In this document: positions 55,410 to 64,000 of the stretch, piece by piece
How the letters are laid out: every line of letters begins with the position of its first letter
How positions within the stretch are numbered: position 1 is the stretch's first letter
Source: an uncultured Planctomycetota bacterium
GTDB lineage: Bacteria; Planctomycetota; Planctomycetia; Isosphaerales; Isosphaeraceae
DNA length: 64,000 nucleotides
Direction: 5' to 3'
Assembly: GCA_963845755.1 (NCBI GenBank)
Contig: CAWJTV010000028.1
Location: forward strand, 192,001-256,000
Notes under the pieces: generated by a model
What the model was told of the DNA's origin: nothing
What the model saw: only the letters and a program-made list of their open reading frames with translations
The model's database searches: none
Position numbers and translations under genes: made by a program

Positions 55410-55826
55410 ATGGCGAACAAGACCCGGACCAGGACTTTGCCTGACACTTATTTCGCGTTGGTGAAGCAGTTCCCACTGACCCACATCCAGAACGACGACC
55501 ACCTGGACGCGGCCATCACGATCATCGATCGATTGCTCCGGCAAGACCTCGACAAAGGGGCGGAGGAGTACCTGGATGCGCTGACCGATCTGGTCGAAAC
55601 ATACGAGGACAGGCACGTCGTGATCCCGGTCGCTTCCGAGGCAGACGTATTGCGCATGCTGATGGAGTCCAACCGGCTGAGTCAATCGAAGCTCGCGAGA
55701 GCCGTTGGGATCTCGCAGTCCACGATCTCGGCGGTGCTGAGGGGCAGTCGGTCGCTCACGAAGGAGCATGTGATCAAGCTCGCCCAGTTCTTTCACGTGT
55801 CTCCTGCCGCCTTTCTCCCGGTTTGA
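55410..55826 (+). CDS. higA: Antitoxin HigA family (HTH)
   Basis: YLDALTDLVETYE, LMESNRLSQSKLA..ISAVLRGSRSLTKEH..LAQFF. Confidence 0.9.
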   Translation: MANKTRTRTLPDTYFALVKQFPLTHIQNDDHLDAAITIIDRLLRQDLDKGAEEYLDALTDLVETYEDRHVVIPVASEADVLRMLMESNRLSQSKLARAVGISQSTISAVLRGSRSLTKEHVIKLAQFFHVSPAAFLPV

Positions 55827-55904
55827 AGATACGGCTTTCCTCGATGCCAGACGATCGCAGATCATAGGTGGAATCCGCATACGAAGTTGCACAAGAGGAT
55901 TGCC

Positions 55905-56777
55905 TCATCCTTCCACATTGTCCGCACAGTCGTGACAGTCCAGGTCGTTGCCGGATAGACGTTCAATGATCACATCGGTCAACTGGATTTCGATGCCGAT
56001 CCATCGGCGATTCTTGCGCTCGCAGACTGCGAACGTGGTCCCACTGCCGCCGAATGGATCGAGCACGACCTCGCCTTCGACCGTGCTCAGCTCCACCACG
56101 CGATCGAGGATCTTGGTCGAGAGGGCGTTGGCCTTGCGGTTTGGCGATTTGAACTTCCCGTGCCGCACGGGTGGGATGTCGGTCCAGACATCCATCAGGT
56201 TGACACCCAGGTCGTTCATCGCGTCGCGATGACCGCCGTAATCCTTGATCTCGCCCCCGCAATGGCGGCAGGTCTCGATCGGCGTGCGAATCTTGCGGAA
56301 CGTCTTCGGCTTCCCTTTTGTGTAGTAGAGCAGGCTGTAGTGGGCCGGATAGAGCCGGCCCGCGATCGGCAGGCCGAACTTGATGCTGACCGTGATCCAG
56401 TGCCGGAATTGCAGGCCCAACGTGTTGAGGTGATGCCCCAACTCGATGTTCCAGCGCGGGAGGTTATACAGGAACAATGCGCCGCCCGGCTTCAAGAGGC
56501 GGCAGCACTCGTTGATCCATCCGCGGCACCAGTCCAGATAGTCAACGTCCGTCCGCAGGTCGTTCACCCGCGCCCCGTATGCCTTGCCGAGATTGAAAGG
56601 CGGATCGGCGAAGACCGTGTTGACGCACTCATCGCGGAAATGCGGGAGCAGGCCGGAACAATCGCCGTGGAACAGTGCGCCCCGATCGGTGACGAAACGC
56701 GGGAGCAGGCTTCCGTTCGCGCGGAACGGGGAAAGGTCGAAAGCGCCGTTGGGGACGATTAGGCGACGTTGAGCCAT
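55905..56777 (-). CDS. Beta-class N4/N6 DNA methyltransferase, M.BamHI-like
   Basis: FADPPFN (motif IV) precedes LDPFGGSGTT (motif I); GLPIAGRLYPAHYSLLYY, CRHCGGEIKDYGG. Confidence 0.88.
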   Translation of the reverse strand: MAQRRLIVPNGAFDLSPFRANGSLLPRFVTDRGALFHGDCSGLLPHFRDECVNTVFADPPFNLGKAYGARVNDLRTDVDYLDWCRGWINECCRLLKPGGALFLYNLPRWNIELGHHLNTLGLQFRHWITVSIKFGLPIAGRLYPAHYSLLYYTKGKPKTFRKIRTPIETCRHCGGEIKDYGGHRDAMNDLGVNLMDVWTDIPPVRHGKFKSPNRKANALSTKILDRVVELSTVEGEVVLDPFGGSGTTFAVCERKNRRWIGIEIQLTDVIIERLSGNDLDCHDCADNVEG

Positions 56778-56869
56778 CGGACGGTCCTGGAAACGGGGAA
56801 GACTGTGGGGTCGGGATCGCGTTCTGATACCGAGACGCGAAGCGCGGAGTGGGAGACGCACGACCATGG

Positions 56870-59800
56870 TCATCTTGCCGCCTCCTCCACGGTGAGGAAG
56901 ACCCGGAAGCGAGTGCCGTGACCGGGTTCGCTCTCGACCTCCAGGCGTCCGCCGTGGTCCTGGACCATGCCGTGGGTAATGCTCAGCCCCAGCCCGGTGC
57001 CGTCGCCGATCTCCTTGGTGGTGAAGAAGGGGTCGAAGATCTGGGGCAGGGCCTCGACGGGGATGCCGCAGCCGTTGTCCGCCACCTCGACGACGACGTC
57101 GCCATCCTCGGCCGAGGTGGTGATCGTGATCCGACCGTCGGCGCGATGGGTCACCTCGATGGCCTGGAGCGCGTTGACCAGCAGATTCAGGAAGACCTGA
57201 TTGAGCTGGGCGGGGGAGGCGACGACCCGCGGAATCTCACCGAAATCTTCCTCGATGGTGATGCCGCGGCGATCGAGCCGGCCGCGGATCATCTCGAGGG
57301 CGGTCCGGATCGCCTCGTGCACGTCGGCCTGGTCAACCGCGGCCTGGTCCAGCCGGGCGAAACCGCGGAGGTTCTGCACGATGTCGGCCACGCGCTTGAC
57401 GCCCTGGCGTGTGCTCTTGATGAGCTTGCCCAGGTTCTCTTTCACATAGGCCAGGTCGCATTCATCGGAGAGGGAGGCGACCTGCCGGATCAGCTCGGGC
57501 CGCGCGGCCTCCAGCTCGGCGTGACCCTGCTCGTAGAGTCCCTGGACGCCGAGCAGGAAGCGGACGTCGCGCTCGAGGACGGCCAGATTGTTGGCGATGT
57601 AGGCCAGGGGGTTGTTGATCTCGTGCGCGACGCCGGCCGAGAGCATCCCGAGCGAGGCCAGTTTCTCCGACTGGACGACGCGGGCGCGCATCTCATGGCG
57701 TTCGATGAACTGGCCGATCTGGCTGCCCAGGCTGGCCATCATGTCGAGGGTGGCACGGTCCACGGGCCGGACCTCGAGGCTGAGGAACTCGAGGACGCCG
57801 AGGCACTCGCCCCGGAGCAGGATCGGGAAGGCGAAGGCGGCGTGTAGGCCCTCTTCCGTCGCGGCGGGACGACGTGGGAGGTTGGGGTCATGGCGGATGT
57901 CGGGGATCCACGCCGGCTGGCCGAGGGTCCAGGCGCCGCCGGGGAGCCCGATGTCTGGCTTCAGGACGATCTCTCGCGTGATGGACTCGAATCGGGGAAA
58001 CGCGGCGCCCCGGCCGGTGCCAGAAGGTCGCGCACCGGAGCCGTTGCGCGTGGTGGTCCACCCTCCAGAACACGCCGAGGTTCCAGTCCAGGCTCCTGCA
58101 GATCGTCTCGAGGATCTTGGTCGCGGCCTGGCTGGGCGAGTCCGACTCGGCCAGGACGCGGGTAGTCTCGTACTGGGCCGACAGCCGTCGCTCGGCCTTC
58201 TTCCGCCGGGTGATGTCGTGGAAGACGACGACCCCGCCCTCGATCGCCCCACGTTCGTCGCGCAGCGGGCGGCCGGTGACCAGGATCCACGTCCCGTCGT
58301 CGCGGCTGGGATAAGCGATGTAGATCTCCACCTGGTCGGCCGATTCGCCGCGGATGGCCCGCATCAGCGGGATCTCTTCCGTGGGATAGGGAGTCACCCG
58401 GTCGGGGAGGAAGATCTCGTACTGCCGCGACCATTCTCCCGGCGGGCTGTCGACCCGCCCCTGGCCGAGGATCCGCTCGGCAGCCGGATTGAACACCAGG
58501 AACCGCGCCTGCGTATCGGCGACCACGACGCCATCGCCCATGCAGTCCAGGACCGACTGGAGGATGCGGGTCTGCTCGCGATAGGCGATCTCGGAGCGCG
58601 CCAGCTCCTGGGCGTGCTGCTCGAGGCTCTGGTTGAGCCGCCGGATCTCCTCGAGCTGTTCGAGTCCCGTCAGCGCCCGCGCCGTGTGCGAGGCCAGGGT
58701 CTCCAGAGGGCGCAAATCGAGGTGTTCGGGATCGATCGGCTGGCGCGTGGCCACCTGGAGCGTGCCGAGAATCTCGTCGCTGCCCAGCGGCACGATCACA
58801 TGTCCACGAATGCCCGATAAGGCGACGGTCGCCTGGTCGCACCGAGGATCGGTGGTGGAGTCGGGGATCACGATCGCACGATTCTCGCGGACCGCGATGG
58901 CCAGGATGTCGTCTCCCGCGAGCGAGCGCACGGTCATGTCGACGATTCCGGTCATGCTGCCGGTGGCCCGCACGGCGCGGATCACGCCCGCATCGCGGTC
59001 CACCAGCGCGATCATCGCCAGGTCGTATCCCAGGTCGGAGCAGAACCGCAGCACGCTATCAAATGTCTTGTCGATATTGTGCGGGTCCAACTGCGAGGTC
59101 GAGATGCGGAAGAAGGCGTCGAGCAGGTCGCGGAGGGCCTCCAGGGCGCGGGTGCGCTCCGAGATCCGCCACTCGAGCGTCGCATGCGAGCGCGCTAGCT
59201 CGTCGGTCATCCGGTTGAACGCCAGGCTGAGCTCGCCGATCTCGTCGGACGAATCGACGCGGCTCCGGGCGTTCAGATCGCCCGCGGTGACGGCGGCCGA
59301 GATCCGCGCCAGGTGCCGGATCGGCCGCGCGAACCGGCGGGCGATGGCGTTGGAGGCGGCCAGCCCCAGCAGCAGCAGGCCGCCGCCGAGCCCCAGCAGC
59401 AGCCAGCGAAGCCGCCTCACCGGCCGGTAAGCCTCCGCGGAGTCGATCTTGGCGATCAGGCCCCAGCCGGGATAAGGCGTGCCCAGCGGCCGGTAGGCGA
59501 CCAGCACGTCTCGACCGCGATAGTCGGTCGTCCGCCGGAACTGGAACTCCCCCGCGATCGCCGCATCCATCGAGGGAAATTGCTCGGGTGAGACCTCCGT
59601 CAGGCGCGATCCTTCGCGGGGTGGCAGCGGCAAATGGATCCGAGCGCCGCTCTTCCAGCCAATCAGGACCTCTCCGGTTTCTTCCAGGCCGTGCGGGTCG
59701 GAGAGGAACATCATGACCCTCCCGAGATCGACCACCAGCATCACGGTTCCGGCGACGTGATCCTCGCCATCCCGCACGACTCCGGCAAATGTCGCCCCAT

Positions 59801-60284
59801 AGGTCGAATCGAGCCGTTGCAGCGGGACGGCCAGTCCGCCCGCGGCCCTCGGATCCAGGCCGATCCGTTCCGCCTGGGGGAGCTCGGCCAGCTTGCCCGA
59901 GAGCCCGCTCGATGCGATGATCCGGCCCGCGTCATCTTCCACCCAGATGGCCAGCAGGGATGTGATATTGGCCCGCACCGACGAGAGGAACGCCTCGGCT
60001 TCCTCCCGGAACCGCTGTGCCGGCAGCGTCCCGTGCGCCCGGTCGATCAGCAGCGATCCCATGCGCGACCGGTTGGCAAACCCCACGGCTCGCTCCACCT
60101 GCTGATTCAGCTCATGAAGCAGGATCTCCTGCCGATCGCCGGCGACCGTGTTGAGCCGGTCCTTGACCTCATCCTGGAGGATGGCGCTCGTCGTGATGTA
60201 GGCAACGCCGATCAACAAGGCCGTGTTGATCGCGACCAGGACACCGACGAACAGCGTGAGCTTCCAGACGATGGATTTGGTCAT
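56870..60284 (-). CDS. Multi-sensor histidine kinase (Cache-like, HAMP, GAF, PAS, GAF, HisKA, HATPase); frameshift near 58010
   Basis: [49 protein letters not shown]. Confidence 0.9.
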
Positions 60285-60287
60285 TGT

Positions 60288-60322
60288 GGCAGTAGGCAGT
60301 AGGTAGTAGGCAGTAGGCAGTG
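60288..60322. repeat. Tandem heptamer repeat (GGCAGTA)x5, imperfect
   Basis: GGCAGTA GGCAGTA GGTAGTA GGCAGTA GGCAGTG. Confidence 0.85.
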
Positions 60323-60372
60323 AAGACTCGTCGGCTGCGGGGCCGTTCCGCACCACCACCGAATATCGAGCA

Positions 60373-62378
60373 CTAACGACAAACTGGGAACTCGGTGATC
60401 CGCAGATCCGTGCCACCATAGGGGAAGAGGGTCAGTTCCTCCAAGGGCTGCGTGCTGGCGACGGGACTGCGCGGCGGCGGGGCCGCGGCGCCTCTTTCCA
60501 GGCCCCAGCCTGGCAGACGCCGACCCTTGACCTTCGCAATGACGAGCGACCCCATCGGCGAGAACGCCCCTGGGGCTTGCGGGGCCTCGATGAACTCCAC
60601 CGAACGCTCCGGGTGTTCGCGATCGATCTGGAGCGCGTAGTTCCAGGGCGATTTCGGGTAGACCTCCCAGTCGGCGAACTGCGCGTGATCCTTGACCTTC
60701 TTCCACTCGGCTTCGATCGGCAGGGCGAAGACCAGCGGCCCGCGCGTGATGGCCACCGCGCCGTTGTCGCCCGGGTAGAGCCCCACCTGCATCGGGAACT
60801 GGACCGTGAACGTCTTGGTCTCACTCCATCGCGTGCCCAGAGATAACGAGGCACTCCCACGATTCGGTTGTCGCTTGGGTATCTCCACCGAGACGTCATC
60901 GGCATTGAGGGTGGCACCACCGAGGCTGACTTCCTGATCGAGCCCCTCGATCCGGGCTGTGTCCGCCCAGCCCGGGAGGCGAAGTTGAAGGGGGAACGTC
61001 ATCGGCTCGGGAACCGTGACGGCGATCCCGACCTTGTCGCGGAATGGATAGTCCGTCACGACGACGACCTTGACCGGCTTGCCCTGGATCTTCGTCTCCA
61101 CGACGCATGGGGCATAGGCGACGACGGCCAGGCCGCCGTCGGACGTCTTCATCCAGAGATGCGAGATGAACTTGGGCCAGCCCTGGTGGAAGTTGGCCGT
61201 GCAGCAGCCGAAATTCGGCTCGAGACCGTAGAGGTTCGAATCCGGCCCATTGTTGACGTAGACGTGCTCGCCCTGTGCCGAGCAGATGACCTGGTTGCAC
61301 TGCTGGTCGTACTGGTGCGCGGTCATGTCTTTTTTGAAGGTCGCCGGCAGGGCATTGAATGCCAGCGTCTCCAGACGGTCGCCCAGTCGGGCGTCGGCCA
61401 GAGCCTCGAACGAGTACATCGCCTCGACCACGGTGCACAGCTCGGTCCCCTGCGACGGGCTTCGGCCGGCCAGGTGCTCGTCGCAGGTGAAGATGCCGGT
61501 GGCCTGGCCGTGATGACGGTCCAGAAGCTCGAGCATCCGGAATGCGGCATCCTTGTCTTTCGCGTCGCCGGTGAGCCGGTATCGCATGCCGCCGTACTTA
61601 AGGGCCATGCCGGTGTTCACGCCGTGCGTGTCCAGGTCGAACTTCCCCTGAGTCCTGGCGGTGAACTGGAAGTCGTCGAACTGGGCGCGCCAGTCGTGGC
61701 TCTGGTCGAACGCTTTTCTTGCCAGGTCCAGGAGCCAGGGCTCCTGGGTCCGGTCATGAAGCCAGTAGAGCGAGACGGCCAGGTCGGCCACCCGAAACCG
61801 CGCCCAGCTATACATCGGCTCTTTCGTGATGACCTCATCGATCTTGCGGCAGCACTTCAGCATCGCCGGGACGACGCGCGGGGCACCGCTGGCTTCCTGG
61901 TACTGGGTCAGGGCTTTGAAGAGCGGGAACAGGGGCCAGACGTCATAAGGCTTGTGCCTCCGGCTGTCGCCCACGGGGCCGAGCCAGCCGTCGGGGAGCT
62001 GGTGATCGAGGATGAAGTCGATCGCTTTCTTGACCTTGGCTTTGAGCGTGGGGTCGTCGAGCAGGTAAGCCAGGGGGACGAGGCCGTCGAGCCAGTAGGG
62101 GACGCGCTCCCAGCCCTCGGCCTTGCCGCCGAACCAGGCGCTGTCCTTGATATCGGGCCAGAACTCGTCGAGGTGTCCGCTCAATCCGTCGGCCTGGATG
62201 CGGAGCTGGTCCTTGAGCCAGCCGTCCGGTTTGATGCTCCCCAGGGGCAGGGGCTCGAACGTCGAGGGCGCAGGCCAGGGCCCGCAACCTTGGGCGGCTC
62301 CGCGGCGCGCGTCGTGGTCAAGGCGAGTCCGAGAACCAGGACCCACGCGGGGACGACGATTCGGTATCGGCAGGACAT
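60373..62378 (-). CDS. GH127/GH146-like beta-L-arabinofuranosidase family protein; frameshift near 62290
   Basis: GWERVPYWLDG, HGVN, GTELC, NFGCCTANFHQGWPK; signal peptide in the alternate frame. Confidence 0.87.
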
Positions 62379-62463
62379 GGCAAGACTCCCCGAGTGACCG
62401 GCTGGGTGGAGGTCATTCCCGTGCAAGATGGATTCTAGAGGGACGCCGCCGGTTACGCCAGGA

Positions 62464-64000
62464 TCACCTCCGCGGAGGGGGTTCGGGAAGGATGAGGTCC
62501 GTCCAGGCCATCGAGAGGGAAGTCGTGTTGTGGCCGTGGGGCGGGGCATGTCTGTGGGCTCGCGCACGGAGTCGAACATCGACGAGAGCCACCTGTCGCG
62601 TGGCCGCCGTGGGTTCGTTTTCCCCATTCCCGCGATCGTGAGGCGAGGCCGTCGGTTCGATTTGCCAATCGCGATGACTCCGGACCCAGGTACCGTAGAG
62701 TAGCAACAGTGTCGTCGCGGTGATCAGGGCCCGGAGAAACGGCAGGTTGCGTCGAGCGATTGCCCCAACCGCCGGGTCCGTGGGTTCGTTTTCTTCATTC
62801 GCGCGATCGACGGGCGGGTCGATGGGTTGGATCTGCGGATTCGCGCGATCGATGGGTGGGTCCTTGGGTTCGTTTTCTGCATCTCCGCGATCGACAGAGG
62901 GGTCGGCCGGATCGTTCTGCGGATTCCAGTCCTCGACCGGCGGGTTCATGGAACTCGGGACAGGGGATGCGTCATGACCTGAACGTGGCTTCGCACTCCG
63001 GCCGGATCGGCGGACTTTCATCAAGGTATCGAGGCTCCGGAATAGCGCTCGGCTGCACGAGAACTGGTAGCGGCGCAGCCGCTCGCCCTCGGTGCTGGTG
63101 TCGAACGACAGGAGGTCCGCTTGCCGGGCCACATCGGCCTCGGCGCACGGCGATGTCCGTCGACGAGCGGCTCCAGGCGCGCGATCGCCTGCTCGGCGAC
63201 GCTCCGCAACTCCTCGATCGTCGCCGCCTGGTCCTGCGCCAGTCCCTCGACCAACTGTCGGTCCAGCTTGCGGGCCAGGTACCCGTCGATCTCCGGGTGC
63301 GGGTTGGCCCGCCGGCGCTCGCAGTGGTTCTCCCATTCCTCGGCCGTCAGGTTCAGCGGCGGTTTCCCCAGCAGGCGGATCGCCCTGGACTTCTCGATCG
63401 ATGGCCAGGGCTGGCCCTGGTCGAGGAGGGTGCGGAGCTCGATCCAGCGGTCGAGCATCCACTGGCAGCCAGGACCGGTGGATTCGAGCCGGCGGACGAT
63501 GGCCCCGGCGTGATCGAGGACGTCGAGGGGCCGGGAGGTCTGGGACTTGCGGCCCGGGAGCAGGGCTTCGAGGATCTGGCTCTGAAGCTTGATGCTTCCC
63601 GATCCATTGCGATCGCTGAAAAGCCGACGGCCCAGCGCGGCGGCCTCTTCCTGCTGACGGTTCGCCTCCGCCACCGGCAGCGTTTCGATGATGTGGGAGA
63701 GCCGGGCGACCTCGGCGCGATCGGCCCGATCCAGCTTCCAGGAGGACTGCACGGCCTGCTCGACCAGGAACTGCTCGACCTCGTTCTGAGGCTGGAGGTT
63801 GCCGATCCAGGAGTCGAGCCGCTCTTGAAGCGCGTCGGGATCCTCGCCGGGCAAGACGAGAGTCCTGGCGGTCATGCCGTGCTTGACGGCGTTGAACCGG
63901 GAGCGGTTTTTGCCCTCGGGGGTCCGAGGTCCGGTGCTCTTCTGGGCATTGCGGCGGTTGATCTCGGCCCGATCGAGCTTGGGCGGAGTCGCGGTCGTGG
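62464..64000 (-). CDS. Hypothetical protein of the NRRNAQKSTGPRT family with C-terminal 14-aa NEP repeats; start outside window, frameshift near 63140
   Basis: Minus frame EINRRNAQKSTGPRTPEGKNRSRFNAVKHGMTARTLVLPGED; later FDTSTEGERLRRYQ; repeats such as DRANEENEPTDP. Confidence 0.75.
   Translation of the reverse strand, partial: HDRDSAQARSGRDQPPQCPEEHRTSDPRGQKPLPVQRRQARHDRQDSRLARRGSRRASRAARLLDRQPPASERGRAVPGRAGRAVLLEAGSGRSRRGRPALPHHRNAAGGGGEPSAGRGRRAGPSAFQRSQWIGKHQASEPDPRSPAPGPQVPDLPAPRRPRSRRGHRPPARIHRSWLPVDARPLDRAPHPPRPGPALAIDREVQGDPPAGETAAEPDGRGMGEPLRAPAGQPAPGDRRVPGPQAGPTVGRGTGAGPGGDDRGVAERRRAGDRAPGAARRRTSPCAEADVARQADLLSFDTSTEGERLRRYQFSCSRALFRSLDTLMKVRRSGRSAKPRSGHDASPVPSSMNPPVEDWNPQNDPADPSVDRGDAENEPKDPPIDRANPQIQPIDPPVDRANEENEPTDPAVGAIARRNLPFLRALITATTLLLLYGTWVRSHRDWQIEPTASPHDRGNGENEPTAATRQVALVDVRLRARAHRHAPPHGHNTTSLSMAWTDLILPEPPPRR

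Noticed and set aside
590..63140. Roughly 25-30 frameshifts suggesting mass pseudogenisation or programmed frameshifting
   Set aside because: They are evenly spread single-base indels, hit complete pathways whose catalytic motifs are intact, and come without accumulated in-frame stops or slippery-site signals. Uncorrected long-read error explains this best; short-read polishing would decide.

Overview
High-GC bacterial chromosome segment, almost certainly Planctomycetota and probably Isosphaeraceae-like. The evidence is a DUF1559 gene, a PSCyt1/DUF1549/DUF1553 + DUF1501 pair, an ECF sigma/Ser-Thr kinase pair and an NRRNAQKSTGPRT-family ORF. Roughly 25-30 single-base frameshifts split otherwise intact genes across the window, which looks like long-read assembly error rather than decay. 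Contents in order: 7TM-PAS histidine kinase; glycoside hydrolase; nnrE; FmdB zinc ribbon; dnaA; a Tat-exported His-motif helical protein; a Ser/Thr kinase with an extracytoplasmic c-type heme (DUF3365-like) domain, divergent from an ECF sigma and followed by a PP2C phosphatase; a ~19 kb block (RND pump, metallophosphoesterase, MFS x2, FetAB, anion permease, secreted helical and Spy/CpxP-like proteins, sigma54 two-component system); a truncated fae; a complete extended reductive pyrimidine catabolic cluster; DUF1559/PSD1/DUF1501 genes; an AlgB/KinB-like system; MFS + creatininase; higBA next to an orphan M.BamHI-like methyltransferase; a multi-sensor kinase; a GH127-like hydrolase; and a repeat-bearing hypothetical. 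The best de novo signal is in the 19 kb block. It carries four clear sigma54 -24/-12 promoters, two weaker ones, and four copies of an unannotated bipartite enhancer-like motif (TGGGC-N7-CCCC-N6-9-GGGG-N7-GCCCA), which together define a putative ZraPSR-like envelope-stress regulon. Several REP/REPIN/MITE-type repeats are also visible. No rRNA, tRNA or CRISPR array was seen.
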